DNA of 64,000 bases from Fimbriimonadia bacterium (lineage in GTDB: Bacteria; Armatimonadota; Fimbriimonadia; Fimbriimonadales; JABRVX01). The stretch is from contig JBGPGO010000008.1 of assembly GCA_041483895.1 (NCBI GenBank), positions 1-64,000 of the forward strand, written 5' to 3'. Every line of letters begins with the position of its first letter. Position 1 is the stretch's first letter. A program made the position numbers and the translations under genes. The notes under the pieces are model-generated. The model worked only from the letters and a program-made list of their open reading frames with translations. It ran no database searches and was not told the origin of the DNA. Shown piece after piece: positions 42,361 through 53,200 of the stretch.

Positions 42361-43218
42361 TCAGGCGGCCTTTTCCTTCACGAATTCTTCCATCTCGCTG
42401 AAGCCCGGCCGGATGAGCGGCTCAATGTTGCGCCGTGCAAACTCGCAGCATGTCATCGGCGCCTCACCCCGGCCGAATGAGATCAGCGCGTTCTTGATGG
42501 CGTTCATGTATGCGTGTTCCCCTTCAACCCGGCCCTTCATCGCGGTGGACAACGGTCCAAAAACGCCGTAGGCCATGAGGACTCCCAGGAATGTTCCGAC
42601 GAGCGCCGCGGCGACGTGATGGCCGATCTCGGCCGGGCTGCCGCCGATCGATCCCATCGTGATGACGACCCCAAGGACGGCGGCAACGATTCCAAATCCA
42701 GGCATGGCATCGCCGACTCCTTGCATCAGCGTGGGGATATCCATTTCTTCTTTGTGGGAAGCCTCCAAATCGCTATCCATCATGTCGGAGAGGTCCATGG
42801 GCGACACGGTGCCCGTGAGAATGACCTTTAGGGTATCGCACAAAAAGTGGACGGCGTGAGGGTTGTTTGCAAAGGTCGGATATTTCTGAAAGATTTCGCT
42901 CTCCGCAGGTCGCTCGACGTGGCCTTCCAACGCGAGCAGCCCCTCTCGCCGAGACAGGTTGAATAGCTGGTACATCATTTTCAATAGCTCTTTGTAGGCG
43001 ACCTTGGTGTACAAATCCGGCTTGAGGAGGCCCATGATCTCTTTGAGAACTTCGCCGATTACACCGACGCCGTGGCTGACAATCATGGAACCGATGCCCG
43101 CTCCGCCTATCACAATGAACTCGGATATCTGCATTAATACGGCAATCTGCCCGCCAGCCATGATGAAGCCGCCGAGTATCGCACCCATAAGAACCACGAC
43201 ACCGATAATTAGTTGCAT
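42361..43218 (-). CDS. motA: Flagellar stator protein MotA
   Basis: RREGLLALE, PGFGIVAAVLGVV, ALVGTFLG, EFARR; ATG at 43218. Confidence 0.95.
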   Translation of the reverse strand: MQLIIGVVVLMGAILGGFIMAGGQIAVLMQISEFIVIGGAGIGSMIVSHGVGVIGEVLKEIMGLLKPDLYTKVAYKELLKMMYQLFNLSRREGLLALEGHVERPAESEIFQKYPTFANNPHAVHFLCDTLKVILTGTVSPMDLSDMMDSDLEASHKEEMDIPTLMQGVGDAMPGFGIVAAVLGVVITMGSIGGSPAEIGHHVAAALVGTFLGVLMAYGVFGPLSTAMKGRVEGEHAYMNAIKNALISFGRGEAPMTCCEFARRNIEPLIRPGFSEMEEFVKEKAA

Positions 43219-43285
43219 TCCGCCTGGTATCTCCGCTGTATGGTAATTCCACAGACCCCGGCCGAAACCCCTGAGAATAGTGATA

Positions 43286-43337
43286 GGGAGCGCCGGCATC
43301 TTGCCGGCTCAATGCCGCCTGGAAGGCAGCGTTCCGT
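43286..43337. repeat. Family A REP-like palindrome
   Basis: GGGAGCGCCGGCATCTTGCCGGC, one mismatch to the copy at 2070. Confidence 0.7.
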
Positions 43338-43389
43338 TTCGGTGCAAGGTAAACTGGAAGCATCGATCAAACGAAGGGGAATGTAAGTT

Positions 43390-44568
43390 TTGGTACCAAG
43401 CAGCAAGCGGCTCGATCAGATACCGCCGTACCTTTTCGCGGAGATGGCCAGGATCAAGGCAGAGGCCGTCAAGGCGGGCAAGGACGTGATCGATCTTGGG
43501 ATCGGCGACCCGGATCAGCCTACCCCGCCCGAAATCATCGAGGCATTGTACAAGTTTTCAAAGGAAAGTTACACCCATCGATACGACGAGAGCCCGCGCG
43601 GCGTCCCGGAATTCTTGTCCGCCGCCGCCGACTGGTTCCGGCAAAAATATGGGGTATCGCTCGACCCATCGCAAAACCTGCTGCTGCTCATCGGCTCCAA
43701 GGAGGGACTTGGCCATCTCTGCTGGGCCTATTGCGATCCCGGCGACGTGGTCATCGTGCCGCAGCCGGGCTATACGGTGTACAAAGTGAACGCTTTGATG
43801 GCCGGCGCGGAAGTGTATGAGGCGCCGCTAACGGAGGACAATCGGTTTCTGCTCGACTTCGATGCCATTCCCGACCATGTCGCCCGCCGCGCAAAGCTGC
43901 TGTTCATCTGCTACCCGAACAACCCGACAGCAGCCGTTGCATCCATCGATTACTTTCAAAAGGCTCTCGATTTTTGCGACCGTCATAGCATTATTCTCGT
44001 CAACGACGCCGCGTATGCGCAGGTCTGTTACGATGGATTCGTGCACCCGAGCTTGCTGCAGGTCCCCGGCGCTGTTGACCGTGCCATCGAATTTCATTCG
44101 CTTTCCAAAATGTTCAACATGACCGGGTGGCGTCTCGGGTTTGCGGCCGGCAGCCCGGAGGGTATCAGCGCCCTTGCGAAGTTGAAGTCCAATATCGATA
44201 GCAAGCAGTTCATGGCGATTGCGCTGGCCGGGGCGCACGCGCTGCGACATGTGAGCAACCAGAAGACTTTCGATCTGTATCAGCGGCGGCGTGACATTCT
44301 GGTGAGCGGTCTGCGGCGGCTGGGATGGATGGTTCCAAACCCGCAGGCGACATTTTACATTTGGGCGCCGGTGCCGAAAGGTTACGATTCGATGCGGTTT
44401 TCCAAAGAGATTCTGGAAAAGACGGACATCGTGCTCATTCCCGGCGTCGGTTATGGCCAGGTCGGGGATGGCTATGTTAGAATGTCTTTAACCCTTTCCG
44501 GCGATAAGAACGGCGAGCGATTGGCGGAGGCCGTCAGCCGGATCGAGGCATGCGGTTTTCAATTCTAA
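43390..44568 (+). CDS. dapL: Class I/II aminotransferase, LL-diaminopimelate aminotransferase-like
   Basis: PPYLFAE, LGIGDPD, YPNNPT, SLSK.FNMTGWR. Confidence 0.8.
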   Translation: MVPSSKRLDQIPPYLFAEMARIKAEAVKAGKDVIDLGIGDPDQPTPPEIIEALYKFSKESYTHRYDESPRGVPEFLSAAADWFRQKYGVSLDPSQNLLLLIGSKEGLGHLCWAYCDPGDVVIVPQPGYTVYKVNALMAGAEVYEAPLTEDNRFLLDFDAIPDHVARRAKLLFICYPNNPTAAVASIDYFQKALDFCDRHSIILVNDAAYAQVCYDGFVHPSLLQVPGAVDRAIEFHSLSKMFNMTGWRLGFAAGSPEGISALAKLKSNIDSKQFMAIALAGAHALRHVSNQKTFDLYQRRRDILVSGLRRLGWMVPNPQATFYIWAPVPKGYDSMRFSKEILEKTDIVLIPGVGYGQVGDGYVRMSLTLSGDKNGERLAEAVSRIEACGFQF

Positions 44569-45843
44569 ATGTCGAAACAGACGACTACACACAGCGTAGT
44601 TCTCCCCGCGGAGCGAGTGGTTCTGGTCTATGTCAATACGGAGCCGCACGAGGATTCGTACGTCGAGAATGAGCTCCGTTCCTTGGTCGATACGGTGGGG
44701 TATGAGGTGGTAGGCGAATTGCGGCAGCGCCGCGACCATCCGGATTCGCGCACCTACTTGGGAGAAGGGAAGGCGCAGGAACTCGGCGAGTTGGTGAAAT
44801 TCGAAAACGCCGACAGCGTGATCATCGACGCGGAGATATCAGCGCGCCAGCAACACAACTTAGAAGGGGCCGTCGGATGCTCGGTGGGGGATCGGCCGCA
44901 ACTGATTCTTGACATCTTTGCACAGAGGGCGCACACAGCGGAAGGGATGTTGCAGGTCGAACTGGCGCGGCACACCTATTGGCTTCCGCGTTTGATGAGC
45001 CGGTACACGAAGTTCGAGCGGCAGCGCGGCGGAACCGGAGCGCGTGGCGGACAGGGCGAGCAGCAGCTAGAATCCGATAAACGAAGATTTAAAGATCGCA
45101 TCGCCCAACTCTCGGGCGAGCTGGCAGACCTGCGCCGCAAGCGCAGCCAGCAGCGGGAGAGTCGGCGAAAATACCCATTCCCGTTTGCCGCAATCGTGGG
45201 TTACACGAGCGCTGGAAAGTCCACGCTGCTAAACACGCTCAGCGGTTCCCAGATTCACACCGACAAGGCTTTGTTTTCCACGCTCGATCCGACAACCAGG
45301 CGGGTAGCACTTCCCGACGGATATTCCGTGTTTGTGACCGACACGGTTGGGTTCCTTCGAAACCTGCCGACCCAGCTCATCGCGGCGTTCCGGGCGACGT
45401 TGGAGGAGGTGACGGACGCGGATTTTCTTGTTCATGTGATCGACGTGAGCCATCCGTTTTGGGAAATGCAGCGCGACTCCGTGTTCGACACCCTCAACGA
45501 GTTGAAGGCCGGTGGAAAGCCGATGGTCACGATCTTCAACAAGTGCGATCTGATTCACGATCAGCATCTTCTCAATGAGTTGGTGGCGCAGACACCCAAC
45601 TCCGCCTATATCTCGGCGCAACATGCGGTTGGGATCAACTATCTCACCGATCGGCTGGTTGCGACGCTGCGTTCGCTGTTGACGGAGGTGCGGGCGTTAA
45701 TTCCGTATTCACACAGCGGCATGGTTTCTGAGTGCTATGAGCTCGGGCGCGTCTTGGATGCGGAGTATGTGGAAGAGGGCATTCTGATGCATGCCGAGGT
45801 CGTGTCCGAGATGGCCGCGCGGCTTGCGCCGTTCCTTCAATAA
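44569..45843 (+). CDS. hflX: GTPase HflX
   Basis: ILDIFAQRA, GYTSAGKST, DTVGF. Confidence 0.96.
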   Translation: MSKQTTTHSVVLPAERVVLVYVNTEPHEDSYVENELRSLVDTVGYEVVGELRQRRDHPDSRTYLGEGKAQELGELVKFENADSVIIDAEISARQQHNLEGAVGCSVGDRPQLILDIFAQRAHTAEGMLQVELARHTYWLPRLMSRYTKFERQRGGTGARGGQGEQQLESDKRRFKDRIAQLSGELADLRRKRSQQRESRRKYPFPFAAIVGYTSAGKSTLLNTLSGSQIHTDKALFSTLDPTTRRVALPDGYSVFVTDTVGFLRNLPTQLIAAFRATLEEVTDADFLVHVIDVSHPFWEMQRDSVFDTLNELKAGGKPMVTIFNKCDLIHDQHLLNELVAQTPNSAYISAQHAVGINYLTDRLVATLRSLLTEVRALIPYSHSGMVSECYELGRVLDAEYVEEGILMHAEVVSEMAARLAPFLQ

Positions 45844-45844
45844 A

Positions 45845-46648
45845 GTGGCAACCTGGCAGGCGCTTCTTTCTCAATCGCCCATCGACCGTCGAGAGTCTGA
45901 GATGCTGGCAGGGGCCGTGTTGGGTCGCGACCGGGCATGGCTGCTGGCACATGACGATGATATTGCGACCCCGGATGCGGAGGCTCAATTTCGGTCATGG
46001 ATCCGTCGGCGATCCTCTGGCGAGCCGATCCCCTATGTCACGGGACACAAGGAGTTTTTTGGTCTCGATATCGAGGTAACTCCATCTGTCTTGATTCCAA
46101 GGCCGGAAACGGAATTCGTAGTGGAGCGATTTCTTGCCATCGAGTCGTCGTTGCCACCTGGTCCGGTCGTCGATGTCGGCACGGGGAGCGGATGTATTTT
46201 GGCGGCGGCGCTTTCCCATAGCAATCGGTTTGGGATTGGGGTGGAGAGCGAGAGGGAAGCATTGACGGTTGCGGTTAGGAACTGGTCGCGGCTTGACATT
46301 CGTGCGCGTCCGGTACTGGGGGACCTTCTTACCGGATTCCGTCCCAATTCCGTGGCTGCGGTATTGTCGAACCCTCCATATATCGCCGGTAACGATCCCA
46401 ATTTGGATCCCGCCGTAGCCGAATTTGAACCCAGCCGGGCACTCTTTGCGGGTGCGGACGGAATGGATGTAGTTCGCCAACTTGCCCAACAGTCGTCTTC
46501 AATATTGCTTCCCGGCGGAGTACTCGTTATGGAGTTTGGGTTTGGACAAAAGGCGGAAGTTGTGCGCTGTTTGGCAGGTTGGGACCAGGTTACGGTCACG
46601 AATGACCTTGCAGGGATTCCTCGAGTCGTTGTCGCACACAGACCCTAA
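45845..46648 (+). CDS. prmC: Release factor glutamine methyltransferase
   Basis: LIPRPETE, DVGTGSG, SNPPY. Confidence 0.95.
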   Translation: MATWQALLSQSPIDRRESEMLAGAVLGRDRAWLLAHDDDIATPDAEAQFRSWIRRRSSGEPIPYVTGHKEFFGLDIEVTPSVLIPRPETEFVVERFLAIESSLPPGPVVDVGTGSGCILAAALSHSNRFGIGVESEREALTVAVRNWSRLDIRARPVLGDLLTGFRPNSVAAVLSNPPYIAGNDPNLDPAVAEFEPSRALFAGADGMDVVRQLAQQSSSILLPGGVLVMEFGFGQKAEVVRCLAGWDQVTVTNDLAGIPRVVVAHRP

Positions 46649-46651
46649 CGG

Positions 46652-47227
46652 TCATCGGCTTTTTTCGGCGGGCTTTTTGGCCAGCGATTCGCTGCATGCA
46701 AATGTATCGAGCCAGCGGCGCCGGCCTTCCAATAACTCCAAAAGGTTGCTGAACGCGGCCCCAAGATACGGATCGTGCTCAGTCTCCGAGCGCGCCCGGC
46801 CGATCTCCTTCACGTAATCGATATATTTCTCGTTGGACTCGACCCATCTTTGAACCGTCTCCACTCGTTCTTTCGGAGCAAGCATTCGCAGCATCAATGT
46901 CCGAGATCGCAGCGGGTCGGAGAGCATGCCAAGGTCTTCTTCGGGCGGCACAGCCGTGAGCCATGCGTGAAGTTCTTTGACGCCTGTATCGGAAATGTGA
47001 TAGATAGTCCGGGCCCGGCCATTGTCGGATTGGTCTGTTGTGACTTGCAGATATCCACCGGACTGCAGGCGACGCAACGCGGGATAGACAGCGCCCGTGC
47101 TGCCGCTCCACCGCGACGCGCGGGTCTTCAAAATCAACTGTCGAATGCTGTATCCCGTGTTGTAGCCTCGATAAACGGCCCCCAAAAGGATGAAATCAAA
47201 CTCCGCCAGCGCTTGCCTTTTTGGCAT
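46652..47227 (-). CDS. PadR family transcriptional regulator
   Basis: TGY, S.G.VYP.L.RL, Y.I...G. Confidence 0.88.
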   Translation of the reverse strand: MPKRQALAEFDFILLGAVYRGYNTGYSIRQLILKTRASRWSGSTGAVYPALRRLQSGGYLQVTTDQSDNGRARTIYHISDTGVKELHAWLTAVPPEEDLGMLSDPLRSRTLMLRMLAPKERVETVQRWVESNEKYIDYVKEIGRARSETEHDPYLGAAFSNLLELLEGRRRWLDTFACSESLAKKPAEKSR

Positions 47228-47259
47228 GCTCCTATTGTACCGGATAGGACGAATCGCAC

Positions 47260-47320
47260 TGTAACGCTGGCTTCCAGCCGGCACAAGACTTCAAATTGCC
47301 GGCTGGAAGCCAGCGTTACA
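47260..47320. repeat. Perfect 24-bp inverted repeat (family A, REPIN-like)
   Basis: TGTAACGCTGGCTTCCAGCCGGCA-N13-TGCCGGCTGGAAGCCAGCGTTACA. Confidence 0.85.
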
Positions 47321-47324
47321 AACA

Positions 47325-47350
47325 GAGAACCCCGGCGAACCGGGGTTCTC
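47325..47350 (-). terminator. Intrinsic terminator
   Basis: GAGAACCCCGG-TTCG-CCGGGGTTCTC followed by TGTTTG. Confidence 0.7.
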
Positions 47351-47382
47351 AGAGGTCCATGCGTCAGTGAATGTAGAAAGAT

Positions 47383-48153
47383 CTATCTTCCGCCGCCACC
47401 GGGACCGGGCGCTCCGCCGCCGCCAACGCGGGCCGGAGGCGCCGGAAACTTGAACGCTTTGCCCTGAAGCTCCTTGAACTTGGTCTTCTGGGCTGAGGTG
47501 AGCTCGGCTTCGACCTTCGCGGCCATCGCCTTGCGCATCTCTTGCATCTTCTGCATCATCGCAGTACGATCGCCCTGAGCGTCCTGCCTGGCCTGCTGCA
47601 TATCCTGCATCGCGTCCTGCATCACGCCGCGCATCTTATCGAGCTGGTCGGCGGTCACTCCCAGTTCCTTCTGAAGCTTCTCATCATTAAGGATCATCAT
47701 CGCGCCGGCCTGTTGAATGGTCAACTCGCGAAGCCGCTTCTGCTGGTCGGCATTGAGCACTTCGTCGATCTTCTTCTGGACATCCGCGAAACCAGCGCCC
47801 CTGGCCGCTACGCCCTGCGGAGGGCCGCCGGCGCCCGGCTGGTCGCCCGGCTGTACGTTGCCGCCGCCGCCACCGCCGGCGCCACGATTACCCCGGTTGC
47901 CTCGGGCTGCTTGGGCTTCTTCAAGGATCCTGGTGATCTTTGCATCCTGATCCGCCGTGAGCTTTAATTCCTTCTTGACTTCCGCCAGGCCAAGAAGCAT
48001 GGCGCCGCCGCCGCCAAAACCTCTCTGGCCAATGCCCTGACCTCGCTGGCCGATGCCGCGCCCGCCGCCACCGCCGGGATTTTGGGCCAACAGGGTTCCA
48101 CTGATAAGAACCGAAACGGCGATCACTGTGAACGCACGAATCGAAATTTTCAT
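47383..48153 (-). CDS. Secreted Spy/CpxP-like (LTxxQ repeat) protein
   Basis: Signal peptide; ELKLTADQ, LNADQ, LTSAQ..F.ELQGK.F. Confidence 0.75.
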   Translation of the reverse strand: MKISIRAFTVIAVSVLISGTLLAQNPGGGGGRGIGQRGQGIGQRGFGGGGAMLLGLAEVKKELKLTADQDAKITRILEEAQAARGNRGNRGAGGGGGGNVQPGDQPGAGGPPQGVAARGAGFADVQKKIDEVLNADQQKRLRELTIQQAGAMMILNDEKLQKELGVTADQLDKMRGVMQDAMQDMQQARQDAQGDRTAMMQKMQEMRKAMAAKVEAELTSAQKTKFKELQGKAFKFPAPPARVGGGGAPGPGGGGR

Positions 48154-48232
48154 CTTCCACCTCCGATGGGATTCGAGCGAATAGACGCTGGCGGACACCG
48201 AAAGTTCACCAGTCGTCTGCCTGGCAAAAATA

Positions 48233-49465
48233 CTAGAAGTTAAAAAGCTTGCCGACCAGTTTGATCATGTTCAGTTTTTGGCCCGGATTGAGGATGCCCA
48301 GCACCATCTTGCCGATATCCAGTCCACCACTTTTCAGGTCGATTCCCAGAGACTTGGTAATGCCGCCGATCAGCGTCTCCATCGCGCCCTGCTTGACGTT
48401 TTTGAGGGACTGGAGCGCGCCGCCGTACTTTTCCATCAGCTCCCCTACCTGCTGCTGCTGTTGAGGCGACAGCTTTAGGGCTTGCCGGAGACCCATGTTG
48501 AGCAGGAGCGCCTTCGGCCCGCCTTGGTATTGGAGCGCGAGCTGTTGAAGACGATCGAGCTGCTTGCCCTTCAGGCCGCCGATGGCTTCCTGCGCGGCGG
48601 TCGTCTTGAGCGCCAGCATCGCTTCCGGATTGTTCAAACCCTTCGTCCCGGCATCCACCACGAACTTGTTAAAGATGCCTTTGAGCTTGGCTTGCTGGTC
48701 TTTGGAAAGACCGAGCTCCTTGGCGACCTTGGGATTGGTGCCGAGCGCGACGGTGCTGAGTGCGCTGTCCGCGACGGATCCGGGCTGTGGCGGTTCGGGC
48801 GATGGTGGGGGAGGTTGGGGGTCTGAAATCGATTCTGTGGTGATGCCGGCGTTTGTGAAGTCGAACGGCTTACCTTGCAGGTCTGCAAACTTTTGCGCTT
48901 GATCGGGTGTGAGGACGCCGAGGATTGCGGCGTTAATTCGCGTCGTTGCTTCCCGCTCGATCGCCTCGATGGACGCCTTGTCATTGGTCTTCGCCAGCTC
49001 CCCTTCAACCGAACGGAACTGGGACCAGTTGGCCTCAACCGCCGATTCCATTTGAATCTGTTGTTCGGGGGTGACGCCGACCTTGGCCCGCACGTCGGGG
49101 TCGCCAATCAGCGCTTCGGGCCCCCGGAATTGCAGCGCCAGCTCCTTTGCCCGCTGGAGCTGCTGCGGGTTGAGGGATTTGATCAGCGCGGTTGCGGTTT
49201 TGCCTACGATGATGATATGTGCCGTGGAGTCATCTTTGGGGGCGGCCGTGAAATCTGTTTTTAGCGTTTTGAGGGAGGCTTCGAGCTGTTTCTTTTGGTC
49301 CTTGCTCAGATTCAGTTCTTTTTGAACCGGCGGCCTCATGGTGATGGCCAGGATCGTGACTGCTGTCCTCAGCTTCCGCACGATCGACGTGTCTGTCCGT
49401 TCCGGTTGTTGCCCTAAGCTGGTGATCGCGACGGCGGCCGCGCCAATCCAACATGCGATTTTCAT
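48233..49465 (-). CDS. Secreted protein with two Spy/CpxP-like LTxxQ modules
   Basis: Duplicated EL.LSKDQ...QLALQ modules joined by a Pro-rich linker. Confidence 0.72.
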   Translation of the reverse strand: MKIACWIGAAAVAITSLGQQPERTDTSIVRKLRTAVTILAITMRPPVQKELNLSKDQKKQLEASLKTLKTDFTAAPKDDSTAHIIIVGKTATALIKSLNPQQLQRAKELALQFRGPEALIGDPDVRAKVGVTPEQQIQMESAVEANWSQFRSVEGELAKTNDKASIEAIEREATTRINAAILGVLTPDQAQKFADLQGKPFDFTNAGITTESISDPQPPPPSPEPPQPGSVADSALSTVALGTNPKVAKELGLSKDQQAKLKGIFNKFVVDAGTKGLNNPEAMLALKTTAAQEAIGGLKGKQLDRLQQLALQYQGGPKALLLNMGLRQALKLSPQQQQQVGELMEKYGGALQSLKNVKQGAMETLIGGITKSLGIDLKSGGLDIGKMVLGILNPGQKLNMIKLVGKLFNF

Positions 49466-49495
49466 GAATGTCCCCCTTCGACCTGCTGGGGAATT

Positions 49496-50173
49496 CTACC
49501 GTCTGGTAGCCTGCCGCCGCGCGATGAATGCCAAAGGCAGTGCGAGGAGTGCGACGGTCGGTTCGGGAACTACCTGAAGATAATTGTCTGTTATGATCTC
49601 TGTCTTATAGCTGTTGCTGATTCGCCTCGTGGAGAGTCCTGTACCAGTGTCTCTGCCAATAAGGTCCCAATTCAGCACCTCGCCGACGCTGCCCGCCATT
49701 ACCGTGAACTTGAAGAAGTCTATGTCCTCATGTAACCGTTCTCCGCCATTTAGAAAGCCCACGATCGCTCTGCCGCATACGAACGGAGAAGTTGCGTCGG
49801 TCGGGTCATACGCGTTGTCATAGATCGGCCCATCGGACGGCTGCCAAGAAGCCTTGTAGATATAACCGGTTGTACCGATTCTGAAGCTCTTATTGCATTG
49901 TGCTCTGAAGGTATTCGCATCTTCATCTGAAATCATGGACTTGCCTTCTAGACAGATCAGCGTTTGCACTGTGTCCAATTTCTCTAACGTGCCGCCGTAG
50001 TCGAAAAATAGGTGAAGGCCGACGGTGTCCCCGGGTTTCGCGAGAAGCAGCCCTGCATTTTGGACCCCGGTCGTCAGGTTCTCGAAGTACAGCCTGGCTT
50101 TGTATGCGCCGAATGCCGAGACGCAAAACAAAGAGGCCAGGAAGCAGACTAAAATTCGGTGCCGGATAACCAT
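49496..50173 (-). CDS. PEP-CTERM sorting domain protein
   Basis: Signal peptide; VVPEPTVALLAL...RR. Confidence 0.85.
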   Translation of the reverse strand: MVIRHRILVCFLASLFCVSAFGAYKARLYFENLTTGVQNAGLLLAKPGDTVGLHLFFDYGGTLEKLDTVQTLICLEGKSMISDEDANTFRAQCNKSFRIGTTGYIYKASWQPSDGPIYDNAYDPTDATSPFVCGRAIVGFLNGGERLHEDIDFFKFTVMAGSVGEVLNWDLIGRDTGTGLSTRRISNSYKTEIITDNYLQVVPEPTVALLALPLAFIARRQATRR

Positions 50174-50198
50174 GATAACACCTCAAAAGTGCCATCAT

Positions 50199-50227
50199 AT
50201 TCTACAGGATCGATGTTCGGTTGTCAA
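50199..50227 (-). promoter_or_regulatory. sigma70 promoter
   Basis: TTGACA-N17-TAGAAT. Confidence 0.75.
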
Positions 50228-50275
50228 GCAGGGAAGGGGAACATTCGCATGGAACTCTTTCCGTGGAGGTGGCGG

Positions 50276-53200
50276 ATGAAATCGATCGTCGTGGGATTGG
50301 CAGTCATATTCGTGGAAATGGGATTCTCGCAAGTCGTTGTGAAGTTGCCCGAAAATCGGCCGGAGTGGCAGTTTGCGGTCAATGAGATCAAGGCAGCGGC
50401 GAAGGAGAAGCTGACGGTGGTTGCGTCCATCGCCAAGGGCGAACCGGAGAGCTTCCGGATCCGGACCGGCGGTGGACAAGTGATGGTTGATGGCGGGGAC
50501 GCGCGCGGTCTGATGTACGGCCTGCTCGATGTCGCCGAACAGCTTCGGGTCTTCCATAAGGTCAGCGGGAAGCAAGACAAGCCGTTTCTGAAATACCGCA
50601 TGCTCAAGTTCAATCCGCCATTGAAGGGAAACGTCTATCTGAGCGATGAGGACGCGGCCAACAGCGCGTGGTTCTTCGATCTTGATTATTGGGACGCATT
50701 CTTTAAGATGATGGCGAAGGCGCGCTACAATGTCATCAGCTTCTGGCACTCGCATCCCTTCGGCAACATGGTTACTCTGGCCAAATATCCCGAAGCCGCC
50801 TTGCTGCAAGGCGCGGAGATGGACAAAGCAAAGCAGTTCTACCACTCGCTCTTCCAACTCGCCCATGCGCACGGCATCGATGTCTATTGGATGACGTGGA
50901 ACATCCATGTGACGCCCGGTTTCGCAAAGGCGCACAGCGTCAAAGACGGCCAGGATTCGCCGCTCATTCGCGACTACGCAAAGGAGTGCATGCGCGAGAC
51001 TCTGCGCGAGTACCCTGAGATTGACGGATGGGGCACCTGTCCCGGCGAGGCGATGGGCTCGCTCGATGCCAATGGCCGAGAAGATTTCATACGCGAATGC
51101 ATCTTGGAGCCGATGCGGGAAACGGGACGCAAGATGCCGCTCATCCACCGCTATTGGGGCGCGGAGCCGCCCGCGCTCGCCAAAATGGTCTCCGATGCCA
51201 AGTATCCAGCGGACGTTTTGCTGGATATCAAATTCAATGGCGAGCACATGTACAGCTCCCCGAAGCCGCATGTTCAGGACCAGCGCTGGTTCAACCAAAG
51301 CCCCAAGCCGTACCAAATCCTTTGGCATTTGCGAAACGATGATCTGTATCAGTTCAACTGGGGCGATCCCGATTTTGCTTATGCGCTGATCAAGAACTGC
51401 GCCGGATCGGGCGGGTTCGTGATGGGGTCAGAGGTCGAGGTGCCCGGCGTGGACCGGTATCACACGAAAGAGACCGAATGGCACAAGACCTGGAAATACC
51501 AGTTCGAAAAGCACTGGTTCCGGTGGATGCTGTGGGGCCGCGCGGGCTACAACCCCAACATGGGCGAGGACGTTTGGCGGGGGATGTATCAGGCGAAATA
51601 CGGCAAAGAGATCGGGGCGAAGGTCTATGAGGCGACCAAGACCGCCAGCAAAATCATCCCGGCGGTTGAGCGATTCCACTGGGATTATATGAACGGGGAT
51701 TGGTACGCGGAAGGGAACATTGGCGGGTGGAACACGAGTGCGGAGATGCCGCGGCCCAACTTCCGCCGCAACCAGATGTGGCACGATTTGGACGGATACA
51801 TTTTTAACAACACGATTGACGAAGGGATGCTCTCGATACCGGAAATGGTCGGCGAGTCGACAGTGTCCGGCAAACTGCCGTCAGGACGCAAGACCGCCTT
51901 TGAGGTCGCAGCCGAGCTTGGGCAGTGGTCGGCGAAGGTTGACAGTTTGGCTCACGAGGCAGAGACATTGGCGATCGGCCCACGCGCCATGCCTCGCGAT
52001 GTGATTCTTCGACAGGCGAAAATGGAGAGCCTCGATTGTGACTTGATGGACCTTAGCGCCATCAGTAAGCTGGGCGATTTCTACGCCGAAAAGCTAAACG
52101 CCGCCGGCTCGGCAGGGCTGCTGCTTTTCGGTTTCAATCCAGATGTCCGCGATGTCGCCGTTACGATGGCGAAGCAGGCCGCCGATTCCTGGTCGCGACT
52201 TGCAGACATCGCCGACCGTCATTATCTCAAACACGAAGTCTGGCTAATGGGTCAGTTTTCCTGGGGCATGTATACTCCTTTCGTCCAACGAGACGTGGAG
52301 ATGGCGCTGTCCGTTGTGCCCATCCCCCGATCCGAGCGTGAATGGACGGTCGGCGGCAAGAAGTTGAAGACTGTCACGTGGCAACACGTGGGCGATCCGA
52401 TTAAAGACCAGTGGATCGACTTCATGAACGGCATCGCAGGCAAGGTCCGTCCAACCGCAGACACAGCCACGACCGAGATACAAGTTCCGGCGGGCCGTAC
52501 CGCAGCCGTCAAGTTTCTTGGCAAGGGTCTGATAGAAGCAAGCGCGCCCGGCGGTGTCAAGTTCGGGCCGGGGATGCCGGAAGCCGCAGTCGTGTCGCAA
52601 TCCGGAGTACTCACAGTCAAAGTCGACCCGAAAGAGGCGAAAGATGGGTTTACGATTCAAGTGATTCCGCAAGGCAGGCCCGACGATCAGATCATCCTGC
52701 CGGCAAAGGACGGCAAATTGACCGCTCCCTTCGCCCTGGAAGCGCCACAAGGCGGCCTGCACGGCCAATGCATCCTCGTGAAAAAAGGCGTTGGCCACGG
52801 CAAAGAGGGCTCCGCCGGACCGATCAAGGACAATGGTTGGGCGGACTTTTCTTTCACGACCAAATTGGCCACCAAGTACGAGGTCTGGGCGCGAGTCTGG
52901 TTCACCGACGACGACAGCAACTCATTTTTCCTAAAATTCGACGGCGGCGATCCGCAGATTTTAGCGAGCGAGGATTTCAATCGATGGGCATGGGTGATGC
53001 TCCCGGCGACGATGGAACTGAAGAATGGTAAGCATACGCTCCAGGTTAGGAACCGCGAGGACGGAGTGCGCCTCGATGAGATTCGACTGATCCCAATCGG
53101 CATGGACGCGCAGGCGCTGCTGCCAAAGACATTGCAAGAAAGGTTGGCAGTCTTGGGACCGAAGGGCGCGGCGGACAATCTCGCCGCCTACTTCCAAAAG

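Noticed and set aside
41507..43218. Zorya ZorAB defence system
   Set aside because: MotA is normal length with no long tail, flagellar-type motifs are present, and there is no zorC/D/E.
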